Shown: positions 11,795 through 26,046 of the stretch, piece by piece
Layout: every line of letters starts with the position of its first letter
Numbering within the stretch: position 1 is the first letter of the stretch
DNA from: the human T2T-CHM13v2.0 reference genome, Homo sapiens
Strand: one strand, 5' to 3'
NCBI RefSeq assembly: GCF_009914755.1
Contig: NC_060934.1
DNA: 64,000 nucleotides
Notes under the pieces: generated by a model
What the model saw: the letters and a program-made list of their open reading frames with translations, nothing else
What the model was told of the DNA's origin: nothing
Databases searched by the model: none
Translations under genes and position numbers: made by a program

Positions 11795-13636
11795 AAGAAT
11801 TTTTTAATGCATCAGAACTAAGATCTCTGAAGTAAGAAAAAAAAGATAAAAAAAGAATTTCTTAATGCAAACCTCTGTCTGTCTGATGTTCTCTGATAGG
11901 AATAGAGATTCTGAAAGAGAGGAATGTTGTGTTTATGACTTGAGGCAAGGGGAGGTGGACTGTCAGTAGCTTATCATTTTCATCAGTTTCCCCCTATCTG
12001 AAGATGTGCAAACAATTCTAGAGCGAAGAGAGGAAGACAAATATGATGGTATCCAGACTTTAGGGCTTGTTCTGTTTACTGTTTCTCTAATTACCAGTTT
12101 GATGCAATAGTATTTATTTCCTTGGTTTGTTTCTTTCCTTCTTCTCAAGGAAGATAACAGTAGGAGATTTATTTGGGAATCTTGGACAGTTCCTAGTGCA
12201 CGCATTGCATTGTGTTCTGTGCCTGCATCTCCTGAAATAGATCCCAAGGAAAAGCAGTCTTTAGAATAATAATATGTTTTCTTGTCAACACTGACAAATT
12301 GGACTTTTTTCCCCTACAGTATCGAGGAATTTCTGGGTGAAGATGCTGCACAAGTGTAGCTTTCAGATTTGCATTCAGTTTCTGATTCCAACTTTGCATC
12401 ATTGCTTATGAGTTACTTTCTATGTACATTCAGATGTCTCTTTCCTAGTCATTGTCCTGTGCAAATGTTCAACTTGAAAAGAGTGTGTCTAAGGAACAGC
12501 AGTGTGTTCAGATGTTCTCTCCTCCTATGGCCCCATGTGGAAAGAATTGCACTAGGAATTGCATTATCTTTTCCACCCATTCAGCTTTGAACTTGCTTTA
12601 GCTAATTTCTGGTTGCAGGCAGCAGAGTTATTTTAAAGTCCTGATAAGTTATTTTAGAAGTGAAGTAGTTTTTAACTCTAGGGTATTTCTTTCTGGGAGG
12701 GAAGAGTTGAGAGTCATGGCCTGGGATTCATAATTAACGTATCTCTCTTGTACAGTACATTTCCTTAGAGTAGGGTTTTATGTGGAGATGGAGCAAATAT
12801 AATAAGGCTTGAGCCAGCAAAAAGTGAACTTTCCAGTGTTCTCAGATTCCCTGATTTGTTTAACACTCAGGTTTTTCCCTGTGCAGGGGCTGGATCCTGA
12901 GTATGGATGGAGATTCACGTCCTAGAGGAGCTTCCGAGCGCTATGGTGCATGGTGTTTCCGTGAACCTGAGGGGCCGTCTTGGGGTGGGACAGTTTGCTC
13001 TCCCACACCCAAGGTACTCAACAAAAGGCAGACATAACCATGACACAGCTTTAAAGAAAGAAGTTTGGGAGATGTTGACATTTGCATTTTTTTTTTCTTA
13101 TAAGAATGGACATAGGAGATGGTAGATAGAATATTGTGGCTGGGAGGTTCCCTACTCAACTAAACCCATAGTCCTGTAATTAAATCTGTATCTCTTCAGA
13201 AGATTATGACCCATCCAAAGAATTCCACGCTTCACTTTTGAGTGATGTGGAGGGCAGCAGGCCTGCTTTCATAAATGTGTTTTTACTATAAGCATTTATT
13301 ATACCATCCTCTTACTTAGTTGTTAAAATTTCCATATAGCATTTATTAAGGTAAATGCCTTGTTTTATAGAATTTAAAAAATTGAGGTGAAATTCACATA
13401 AGATAAAATTAGCAATTTTAAAGTGAAAAATTCAGAGGCATTTATACATTCACAATGTTGAAAAGTCACACCTTTATCTAATTCTAAAACATTTTCTTCA
13501 CCCCAAAAGGGAACCCCCTATCCATTAAGCAGTTGCTCCCTATTCTCCTCTTTCCCTAGCTCCATGCAACCATCAATTGGCATTCTGTCTCTATGAATTC
13601 ACCTATTCTGATATTTAATATAAATGGAATTATATA

Positions 13637-15340
13637 AGCCCAGAAATAAACCTCCACATATACAGTCAACAAATCTTTCGTAAGGGCATTAGGAACACAC
13701 AGTGGGGAAAGGATAATCTCTTTAAAAAATGGTGCTGGGAAAACAATATCCATGTGAAAAAGAATGAAATTAGATTCTTACTTTACACCATATACAAAAA
13801 TTAACTCAAAATGGATTAAAGACATAAATATAAGACTTAAAATCATAAAATGTCTAGAAGAAAACATAGGGAGAAAGTTCCTTGACATTCGTTGGTGATG
13901 ATTTTTTGGATATGACATCAAAAGCACAGGAAACAAAAGGAAAAATAAGCAAATGGGACTCCAGCAAACTAAAAATCTCCTGCACAGCAAAGGAAACAAC
14001 CTGCAAAATGAAAAGACAACCTCCTGAAGTGGCAGATCAAAAGAGAAAAGAAAAAAAATTAAGAAAAAAGAAAAGACAACCTACAGAATGGGAAAATATA
14101 TTTGCAGACCATATATCTTATAAGGGGTTAATATCCAAAATATATGAGGAACTCATACCACTCAATAGGAAAAAATCAAATACCTTGATTAAAAAATGGT
14201 TGCAAAGAACCTGAATAGACATTTTTCCAAAGAAGATACGCAAATGGCCAACAGGTATATGAAAAGATGCTTAATTTTGCTAATCATCGGGGAAATACAA
14301 ATCAAAACCACAATGAGATATCACCTCACACCTGTCAGGACAGTTATTATTAAGAAAAAAAACCCAAGAGATAACAGGTGTTGGTGAGGATGTGGAGAAA
14401 TTGGAACCCTCGTCCACTGGGAATGTAAATTGGTATAGCCATTGTGGGAAACAGTGTGGAGGTTCCTCAAAAAATTAAAAATAGAACTACCATACAATCA
14501 AGCAATCCACTTCTGAGTATATATCCAAAGGAAATGAAATCAGTATTTTGAAGAGATATCTGCATCTTCATGCTTATTGCAGCATTATTCACAATAGCCA
14601 AGATAGAAAGACAACCCACTGACGGATGAATGGATAAAGAAAATGGAGTACACTTCAGCCATAAAAAGAAGGAAATCCTGCCATTTGTGACAACAGGGAT
14701 GAACCTGGAGGGGACATTATGCTAAGTGAAATGAGCCAGACACAGAAAGACAAATACTGTATGATCTCATTTATGTGTGGGATAAAAGAGCTGGACTCCT
14801 AGAAGCAGAGAGTAGAATGGTGGTTGCCAGGGGGCTGAGAGGTTGGGGGAAATGGGGAGATGCTGGATAAGAGTACACACTTTCAGTTATAAAATGAATA
14901 AGTTTTGTGGATATAATGTGCAGCATGGTGGCTATAGTTAATGATACTGTATGATTTATTTGAAATTTGCTAAGAGTAGATCTTTATTTATTTATTTATT
15001 TATTTTTTTAGTAGAGACAAAGTCTTACTATGTTGCCCAGGCTGGTCTTGAACTTCTGGACTCAAGCAATCTTCCCACCTCAGCCTCCTAAAGTGCTGGG
15101 ATTATGAGTGTGAGCCACCACACCTAGCCAAGAGTAAATCTTAAGTGTTTTCACCACACACATGTGCACACACACATAAAATGGTGATAGTTGTGTTAAT
15201 TTGATTGTGGCAATCATTACACAATTTATACATGTATGAAATCATCATGTTATACACCTTGGATATATAAAATTTTATTTGTCAACTGTACCTCAATAAA
15301 GCTGGAAAAATAAAAGAATAATGACCATTAAAGAAAAAAA
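13637..15340 (+). mobile_element. L1MA-like 3' ORF2 + 3'UTR
   Basis: ORF2 C-terminal peptides ([23 protein letters not shown]; [19 protein letters not shown]), 3'UTR, aataaa and A tail; imperfect TSD gaattatataa/gaaattatacaa. Confidence 0.9.
14985..15129 (-). mobile_element. FLAM / Alu left monomer
   Basis: Monomer with (TTTA)n tail; TSD aagagtagatctt/aagagtaaatctt. Confidence 0.9.
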
Positions 15341-15814
15341 AGAAATTATACAATATGTGACCTTCTGTGTCTGGGTTATTTCACTTAGCATAATGTTTTC
15401 AAGGTTCATCCACATTGTAGTATATATAAGCACTTAATTCTTTTTTTATGGGTGAGTAATATCCATTGTGTGTTATGCTGATAACATTTCATTTCTTCAT
15501 TCATGTGTTGATGAACAGTTGGGCTGTTTCTACCTTGTGACTATTGAATGCCTTGTTTGAAATCAGACACGAGAGGATAATGTGACAACTCATATGTTGG
15601 TAGCATTCTCTTTGGGAAGAGTCACTCCACAGCACGTGGCAAGGGAACAATGACAGTTCTGTCTCATCTGTAGGAGACAGAAAGAGAAGCAAGTTCCTGT
15701 TAATTCACAAGTCACTGGAACAGCTTTACTTTATTGCTCCCTTATTTCCCTCTGTTCACAAGATGAATTAGACAAGTCTTAATATACACGAATGAGCAAT
15801 ATTTCCAACCTGGT

Positions 15815-16180
15815 TGATATGGTTTGGCTGTGTCCCCACCCAAATCTCATCTGAATTGTAGCTCCCATAATGCCCACATGTCATGGGAGGGACCTGGTAA
15901 GAGGCAATTGAATCATGGGGGTGGGTTTATCCCATGCTGTTCTCATGATAGTGAATAAGTCACATGAGATCTGATGGTTTTATAAAGGGCAATTTCCCTG
16001 CACATGCCCTCTTGCCTGACACCACATATGAAGTCTTTCTGCTCTTCCTTCAGCTTCCGCCATGATTGTGAGGGCTCACTAGCCATGTCGCCCTGTGAGT
16101 CCATTAAACCTCTTTTTTTTTTAAATAAATTATCCAGTTTTGGGTATTTCTTCACAGCAGTATAAAAATGGACTAACACA
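15815..16180 (+). mobile_element. THE1 (C/D-like) solo LTR
   Basis: tgatatggtttggctgtgtccccacccaaatctcatc...ggactaacaca. Confidence 0.95.
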
Positions 16181-17314
16181 CCTGCTTTGCTTCACAGTTA
16201 CCATTTTTACAAATCATCAGCCATTTGGTAGAACTTAAACATTTCCTTTCACTTGTGTGCTTACCTTCCACAAAACATTTATTTCAATAGATTTTTTTCA
16301 CGTCCACTTTCCTCAAGCAATTCATAGTGAAATTCTACAAATAAATCCCATTTTCTGTCACTTACGGAGAAAGAAAGTCAAAAACAGGGGAAACCCTTAC
16401 GCCTCAGCCTCAATTCTTCTAATGGCAACACATTTTCAGTCTGCGGTGCGTTCCAAGGCTTTACCACTGAGCCCTTTTTCTTGATAAAAAATGGGAGCTG
16501 ACCTATTTTCCCCCATTAAATTTTGATATGTTCTTTTCATTAATTTAAAATATCTAGACTCAGCACTTTTAAGACTTTTCTGTTTCTGGCCCAGTGGAGA
16601 AATGTACCCCAAATGAGAAGCAGTGAAGCAGACTGCATGTTCGGACTCAGATGTGTTTTTTTCCAAATCTATGTCAGTTGATCTGAATGAAATTTTCATC
16701 GGACATTTGTTAGAGCATTGCTGTAATTTTTAGGGACATGTCCATCAGGAAGCCCAGGTGGGGTTGCATAGAACAGTGCCTATGTCTATTGCATCCAGAG
16801 GAAACCCTGAAGGAGTCTTCCTTATCCTCCAAAGTCTTGATGATTTATAGTTTGCATTCTGGTCTCAGAGAATGTGTGAGTCCTGGTGAGCAGCATTCAT
16901 AGCAGGAGGTGGGAGGAGATGCAGACCTCACAAACCCCAAGGTGGTTTGTGCTGCTGCTGGTAATCTAGTTTGCAAACTTATTGCTTTCAAGAGATTCCT
17001 AAGGTGGTCTTAGATATATGGTCTTATGTCAAATTCCAGCTGAGAAGTGAGGATTAATGTACTCCAATCACTCCTAGCCTCAGGTTCCAGTTTCCAGTTT
17101 TATGACAGACAATAAGAGAATAAAGAAAGTAACACACATTCTTAGAGTAATAAAATAGTTGCTGGGAACATAATGAAATATAGTCACTTGTTTTTGGTCA
17201 AGCTTCTTATCATCCTTTTGGGTTCACATCACACCCGTTCTCAGCCCCCTCCTTTTCTTCATTTGGCTTGTGTTTGGGTGTAATTGCACCCATTGATAGG
17301 GATGATGGATGGTT

Positions 17315-17515
17315 TAGAATCTGATATCCTCAGTTTGGTTCTGGGCTCTACCATTTACTATCTGTAGCATATTGAGCAAGTTACTTAATCTCTCTAAGTA
17401 CCAATTTCCTCATCTATAAAATGGCAACAATAATGACTATTCAGGACTATTGTAAGGATGAAGTGAGATCATATATGGAACACTTACATATAAGTAAGAC
17501 CTGCTTATCTGCTTA
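17315..17515 (+). mobile_element. MIR
   Basis: gctctaccatttacta...gagcaagttacttaatctctct...tttcctcatctataaaatgg. Confidence 0.85.
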
Positions 17516-17924
17516 TTATTGTTATTTAAATAAACACCAAGCAAGTCATTCAGCTTCAGTCATTTGAAAAAAGCATCCTGAGATCTGAAACATGAGATAA
17601 TTCCTAATTAGTGTTTTTGTCACCAGGTAACGTCAAGTCCACAATAATAAGTGTGGCCTTATGTTTCAGAACAACATAATGGTGATAAATGGAACAATCT
17701 CAAGTTCAAATGGAAAATCTGAGCGGGAGAGGGTGCCAGATGGTCTGAAGCAGGCAGAATGTGTGTGAAATAGATTGAAATCGACTCTGGAGAAATAGGA
17801 TTCCATGGGCAAGGATAACTGCTCAGGAAATTAAAAAATATATGTATGGGTGGCAATGATTCATATCCATTACATTGGTCACCAGCGAGAATTCACCTTC
17901 TTGATAATTTGTGTATGTGTCCAA

Positions 17925-18890
<966 letters not shown>

Positions 18891-20169
18891 CTGGGCTCTG
18901 TTAATTTGTTTTGTTTTAATTTTAGAAAATTGCATATTTTTCATTAGTTTCTCTCTCTCTCGTCCTTCCACATGTTCAACAAAATAATAATTGTGGGACA
19001 GAAATTAAATGATGATTTCTCTCTTTTGTGCTGGTGGAGTGATTACAACTTTGCAAAGCATCTTCCCATCTCACTTCATGGGCTTTTCCTGAGAATACTG
19101 TCATTAGCTATGAAATTTTGAAGTCTGCTTTTCAGCTCTAAGTAAGGGAGGGCATCCTCTGGGGCCAGTACAGCTGATTGGGTTCATATGAACCATGGCA
19201 GAAGGTCAAATGTCACTTATTCGCTTATGGTAATGCAGTTATTCATTCCTTCCCTACCTAGCTTCAATTTTAAAGATTGGCCTCTTTCTGCATGTTCCCA
19301 AGACAGCTGTCAATCCAGTTTTCCTTTTCACAGTAACTGCTCCTTTTCTTCATCTTGACATCACTAGCACTAGGGAAGAATAATATGTCCATGGTCCCTT
19401 GCCTGACACTCATCCTCCAGCATGTTCATCTTTGGAGACATGGATTTGGTCTCCTTACTTTTTTTAGGGGGGAAGGGAATCACTTTGCTCTTTTCATTAA
19501 GTTCCTCTAATAATAATCTTTGCCTCATTGAATGTCTCTTCTAATTAACACTCTTGACTGCCAAGTACCAAAAATCCATTTGAGCTAGTTTCAGCAAACA
19601 GAATTCTTTGGGGTCCATGGCAGAACCCAAGATCAGGACCATGGTTGGGCCTCAGCATAAACCAGAGCCAGGATGCAGTATCTAGAAAATTGCAGCCAGC
19701 AGCTCTTGCAGCTATAGTCCTCCTTACCCTCCTGTAGGGCTGAGCTGCCTCTTCTGGTCTTCATTCCAAATTCCTGGGCTAGAGGGTGTTGGTCTGTGGT
19801 CAGGGGATGGTGGGAGTTGAGGGTTGTGCTGTGTGAATGTGGTCATTCCCACTGTAAGCCTATTGATGGAGAAAAGGGCAGCTACTCAAAAATGGTCCCA
19901 GGCAGAGACCAGTCAGGCAGTGGATTCAGCCATATGAAATTACAGTTGGGCTATGTTTTTAAGTAGAGGTTGGAAACTTTTTCCCCCCTTTTGGCTGGCA
20001 TTTGAAGGGGAAAACAGATTGTCTTTTCTGAATCTCTTAAAAGGCATTTCAGTTATTTATTATTCTCTTCATTTTCTTTGCATGGATCGCCTTCCTCTTG
20101 ACTTTCTGAGCAAAACATTCTACAATCCTTTCCTTTGGCTCTTTCTTTTTACCTTAGGCATAGAAGTAC

Positions 20170-20193
20170 GTGTGTGTGTGTGTGTGTGTGTGT
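20170..20193. repeat. (GT)12 microsatellite
   Basis: Seen directly. Confidence 0.95.
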
Positions 20194-20609
20194 TTGCAGA
20201 CTGAGTTTAACTTGGTGTTCAGACATGTCTGAGCACGTGTGACAATAGAGGGGCAGAGCGCTATTGACTGGAAGGGGAGGGAGGAGAGATTTTTGCATTG
20301 GTGCTGACGAAAAGAGCCTGGATTGAGGAGGACAACAGGGCTCATGCCTTGCACGTTTACCTTCAGTTCAGATTCAAGAACTTGATCTGAGTCCTAGAGA
20401 GAATGTGGCTGCTAGCAGACGCTGTAGGAACCAGTGAGGTTCTGGGGTCTAGGTTGCACTCAATGTGCAGCACAGCGAGGGGGCCACTGTTCCTTCTCCT
20501 GTGTGGAGCACAGTGAAGCTCAGGTGTGGTGAAGACCCCAGGGGACTTCAAGCAGTCTTGGCTCCTCAAGGGGAGCAGAATCAAGAGTATCAGGTCTCGG
20601 CATTGACAA

Positions 20610-21000
20610 CCAGCTCTACTAATGGTGCTTAGTTGTGCCGAGAAATGGAAGAAACCCAAACCAAACTGGGTCCAGCACAAAGGAGAATTGATGCTTGTAT
20701 CTGTCCAACCCAGGGACCGATCTTCAGGCCTGGATGGATGTACAGGTTCAGGTGACGGTACTTGGGCTCTCTGTCTCTCTGAGTATTGGCCTCCTGAAGA
20801 AAGGCTTTCTCCACCTAGAAGGAAAAATGGCTGACAGTGTGCTAGATTCAGGGAAACAGACTCAGTGGAAAGATACCTTTTCATCTCCCAGTATTTGTTG
20901 AGAAGAACTCTGGGTGACCAGGCTTGTGGCAGTGCTCACTCCTGGACCAACCATTGTCCTGGGGTATGGGATACTATGACCAGCTGAACCCAGGTTGAGT
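20610..21000 (-). mobile_element. old MLT1 (J/K-like) LTR
   Basis: gaaacccaaaccaaactgg...tcttcaggcctggatggat...caggttcagg...ctcctggaccaaccattgt. Confidence 0.55.
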
Positions 21001-21644
21001 ACTTAGACTTGTGGCTGGAGTGCTGTGATCATAGTCCTACCAGCTCCACAGGGAACAGGGAAGGGTCCTGAGCAAAGAGTACACTCATTTCCACTGAAGC
21101 ATGATCCTGAAAGGCATCCTCTTGGTGGCCAGCCACAGGGAGGTGCCACCTCAAGTGACTTTTTGAGTAGCAGATGTCAAAGAGAGGAGGACAAAAGGTA
21201 CAATGTTGAGAGGACCGTACATGAGCATGTGAGAGGCTCCCAGGCAGCCCCAGAAGTGCAAAAGGGGCTGAGGCCCCCACTAGCCTGTGAAATCTGAGTG
21301 ATCCTTATGACTGGACCCCACTGGTGGCTGGCTACAGTCTGGAGCAACCCGGACAACCCAGGTGATGTTCATTGATGGCCTGGATTATTTCAGTTTTTGT
21401 AATCCCAGAGAGTGGGAAAGAGCACGTTTTGGGGAGGCGTAGGAGGAGTGCCTGAGTGTCATTTGCACATCTGATATAAATGTGAAATGAGTCCAGTCAG
21501 CTTGGCCATGCAAGAATCTCAAGAAGAGTTTCACTATGTGTTTGGGTTAAATGGAGTTTAACCCAACTGGGGTTCTGAATAGTGAAAAAGTGTTTGGGCC
21601 AGTGGATCAGAAAACCTTTGCTAGAGTGGAAGTACTAGAGTTTG

Positions 21645-21954
21645 TGTCTTAGTCTATTTTTGCTGATATAATACCTGACTGTTTATTATTTATAATAAAC
21701 AGAAATTTATTGACTCACAGTTCTAGAGGTTGAGAAGGTCAAGATCAAGGGACCAGCATCTGGTGAGGTCTTCTTGCCACATCAGCCACGGCAGAAGGCT
21801 GAACTCACCCTTTTATAACAGGACCAATCCCACCCATGAAGGTGGAGCTCTTTTGGCCTAAGCACCTCATAAAGGTCCCACCTCTTAATACAGCTACAAT
21901 GACAACTATACTTCGACATGAATTTTGGAGGCAATGAACATTCCAACCATAGCA
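21645..21954 (-). mobile_element. MLT1A/MSTD-like LTR
   Basis: tgtcttagtct...aaacagaaatttatt...aagatcaagggaccagcatctggtgagg...acattccaaccatagca. Confidence 0.85.
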
Positions 21955-22489
21955 GTAGGTGAGTGGAAGGATAGGAAAGGATGGACAAAGATTTAGATGT
22001 TTGACTTTGAGATTGGAGGAGGCACCATTATTGATGACTCTAGTTGTGAGGCTATGGTGCAGCGAAGGAAAAGATTATTGAAACTAAGATTAAAGGAAAA
22101 GACTGAAAGGCCAGAGTTTGGGATGGGGCATCCAGTGGATGTTGAAATCATGGAGAATAATAACAGCAGTGGGAGGAGAAAGGGATTGAGACAAATGCTG
22201 CAGTCATCAGTGAATGGGGAGGAGCGACTGGGAGGTTGGTAGATAGAAACTGTATGGAACAGTGAAGACTGATGCTGGGGATGTTCTGTTCCAAGAGCTT
22301 GCACCTCCAGGCTTTGAGGGATGTGAAGTGCAGAAGGGAAAGCAACACCCCTTGAGGGACCGCAGCCCAGGCTACCTCCCAATGGTCACATCGAATGCTC
22401 ACTGCACAGCATTGCCTCCCATGTGAATGGCATCCCCTGACCCTTTCCACATGGTGGCCCTGGCTTTAGGGAAGGGATATGATTAGAGA

Positions 22490-23040
22490 TTGCAGGGGAT
22501 CAGAATATGTCACCTCAAAATATGCCGCTTTGGCACAGGAATTATTTTGAGACAGAGGCAAATGAGAGCCAACGCAGAAAGAAGGTTTCCCAGAGCTTCC
22601 CTTATCTTATTAAAAGCAGGTACTCCTGAGAAATAAGGCTGCCATAAATCCCTCTCCCAGGGAAGTTTTATGGCCATGAAGAAGAAGGAGTATCAGCACC
22701 AAGATGGGCTGCACAAACAAATCTTACTAAATTAACCTTATCTTCCATTAGTTTCCCCCATATGTTTACCTTCCTATGGTCTGCTGCCCCTAAATGCTTA
22801 CATGCCTTTTCCTTTGTCTTGTCATTTTTCCAAAAATGTATTGTTCTTTATTAAGATGCTAAGCAAGCCCCAAGATCTAATGACCACGTTGAGTTTCTTA
22901 TCACTGATTCTCATCTGTGTATGCATGTTGCATGTGTTACACACTCTGTTATTTTCTTGTTAATCTGTCTTTTGTCAGTTTAGTTTCCAGAACTCCAGCC
23001 AGAGACCCAGGGAAGGAAAAAAATTTTTTCCTCCCTACCA
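22490..23040 (+). mobile_element. ERV1 solo LTR, MER34/MER39-like
   Basis: tgcaggggatcagaatatgtcacctcaaaatatgcc...ttaatctgtcttttgtcagtt...ttttcctccctacca. Confidence 0.8.
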
Positions 23041-23105
23041 GACCATCTGATTTCCAGAGGAACAAGAAGGAAATGCTCAGAGAAGAGGGTGAGGGCTTTG
23101 AAGGG

Positions 23106-23444
23106 TGTCTTGGTCTGTTTTGTGTGCTATAACAGAATACTACATAGTTGGTAATTTACAAAGAAGAGGAATTTATTGGCTCACACTTCTGCAAGCTGAA
23201 GTCCAATATCAAGGGGCCAGCATCTGGTAAGAGCCTTAGAGCTGCACCATCCCATGGCGGAAGGTGGATGGACAAAGAGCACAAGACAGTGAACCCACTC
23301 CTGCAAGCCCTTTTCATAATGGTATTGACCTATTCATGAGGGCTGAGCCCTTTTGACCCAACCCTCCCATTAGGCCCCACCTTCCAACACTGTCACATTG
23401 GGGATTAAGTTACGAATTCTGGGGGATACATTCAAACCATAGGA
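23106..23444 (-). mobile_element. MSTD/MLT1A-like LTR
   Basis: tgtcttggtctgttttgtgtgctataacagaatac...atcaaggggccagcatctgg...cattcaaaccatag. Confidence 0.85.
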
Positions 23445-24461
23445 GGGGTTGCGTTGATAACAGATGTGAATAGAAGGGCTATGGGGGTTAGTGAGGTGAG
23501 AGATGGGGTAACAGAGAGGATGCATGGAGTAGAATGTTGAAACTCACCCGGAGCACACACTAAAAAGAGAGTTGCCCATGTAGATAGCAGCTCTGTTACA
23601 GATCACCATCTTCCACTTGGAGCATCCAACCTAATGAGTTTGCCTAGATGCTCATACTGGAAGCCACTGTGTGATTTCTTTGTCCCTGGCATCATGGAAG
23701 ACATCTTTCCTAATAGACTACCCCATAGATTTCTTGCTTGGTGTAAATCTCAGTAGTCCTGGGGCTGACCCTAGGAGCCTCAGAACTAAATCCTGGAAAT
23801 CCTACACAGTCTGTATTTTAAGCCAGGCTGTCCAAATATACCCCCATATCACTGTTTTTATGTAACATGGCATCAAACTGTCAAAATCTTAACTCTGGTT
23901 GTATAGATTCCCTGCCTTATTCCAGAAAGGATTATGAGACAATAATAGATTTAGTGTAACAAGATAAAAACAGGTGAGTAAAGAAATGGAGGTCAGAGGA
24001 AAATAACTTTATAAAAAATCCAATGAAGCCCAGGGTAAGGTTAGCACATCAAGTGTGCATGATATGGTTCCAGAAGTGTGGCTATGAGCTCCTTAGCCTC
24101 CAAAGCACAGGCATAAATAAGATTCATGGCAAGTAAAAGATTAAAAACAAGCCAGTGTTCAGAAAAGCACAGCTATTTTTGTTACACGGGAGCTGAGAGA
24201 TTTCTCTTGTGGGTCTTCAAAGGAGACCCAGTGTGATGTAGCAAATAATATCCTCAAAAACATTCAGAGAGAATATGTAATCATATAGAATAATGAGTTT
24301 CCCAGGGTTGTGTCTCATAGTATCTTTCAATGTGGGTCAACGGTAGAGTGAAAAAGTATAGTTTAGTAAAAACTTTTATATGGGAACAAAAAATGGTTCA
24401 ACTTTTCTCTCTAAGGGTCTAGCTGATGCAAAAAAAAGTTACATTAAAAATTAAAGAATCC

Positions 24462-24630
24462 AGGCGGGTTGACTCATGCCTGTAGTCTCAGTGACTACAG
24501 GAGGCTGGGGTGGGAGGATCACTTGAGCCCAGGAGTTGGAGTCTGCATTGAACTATGATATCACCACTGCACTCCAGCCTGAGTGACAGAGTGAGCCTCT
24601 GTCTCATAAATACATAAATAAATAAAGTTA
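24462..24630 (+). mobile_element. FRAM/Alu monomer
   Basis: catgcctgtagtctcag...ggaggatcacttgagcccaggag...gacagagtgag, (TAAA) tail. Confidence 0.85.
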
Positions 24631-25140
24631 AAGGAAAGAATATATGGCACATTCTCTAGGCAGCCCTTCATCATATTATTTCTGGCAACTAAGTGGGAGT
24701 TGCTAAATATGTAGCAGTGAGTTTGATGTCTGTCCTCTGACAAATAGCTACAGAGCATCAACTAAGTCACCCTGGGCTGGAGCAAGGGTAGGCATCCTTT
24801 TAAGACAATGGCAGGATCTGGCCAGGATTTGTGCCAGATTTGGCTCGCTTGCCCAGGGCTCACAGAAGTACTTGTCTGCAGGGCCAACACTTTCCTTGGA
24901 AAGCAATACTAGATCTGTTCTAACACACAGATAAGTGGGTGATTAAAGCTCTAAAGTTTTATGTGAATCTTAGGAAAATATTGAAAGCAGGTTTATTCAT
25001 GGTGAGCATGAGTAGGGTCCCACATTGTACTCAGTGTTAAGAGTAGAGACAAACTCCTTGCCTTTGTGAAGCTTCCTTTCTTATGGGAGGAGGATGGAGA
25101 GTGAAGATGTAAATGAGTGAACAAATAAAAAGATAATTAT

Positions 25141-25766
<626 letters not shown>

Positions 25767-26046
25767 TTAAGCATTATATCTTCTTTGTAGAGTTTCTAAA
25801 ATAACTTGGTTCCCAAGTATACCCTTGGGGAATTCAATGAGTAAATTCACTGTCCAGATTGGTTAGTATAAAAGTTATGGTTTAAAGTGGGAGACAACAT
25901 AGTGACTTTTATGGTATGTGGATTTGATCTCAATTTTGAAAACATCATAAGGGCAAGGGTCACATCTTAGTGTTCGAAGTGGCCATATATCCAGTTGGTG
26001 TTCAATAAATGACTTTGATGATTATAAAAAATAGTTGCAAGCCCTC

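Larger units (their letters stand above)
13375..15560 (-). mobile_element. L1MB-like 3' end (13375-13635 and 15343-15560) split by a sense L1
   Basis: aattgaggtgaaattcacata...tatacattcacaatgttg...aaatggaattatat; resumes atatgtgaccttctgtgtctgg...ttcacttagcataatgttttcaaggttcatcc. Confidence 0.85.

Noticed and set aside
20363-20884. 173-aa minus-strand ORF
   Set aside because: About half overlaps an old MLT1 LTR and it has no recognisable domain.
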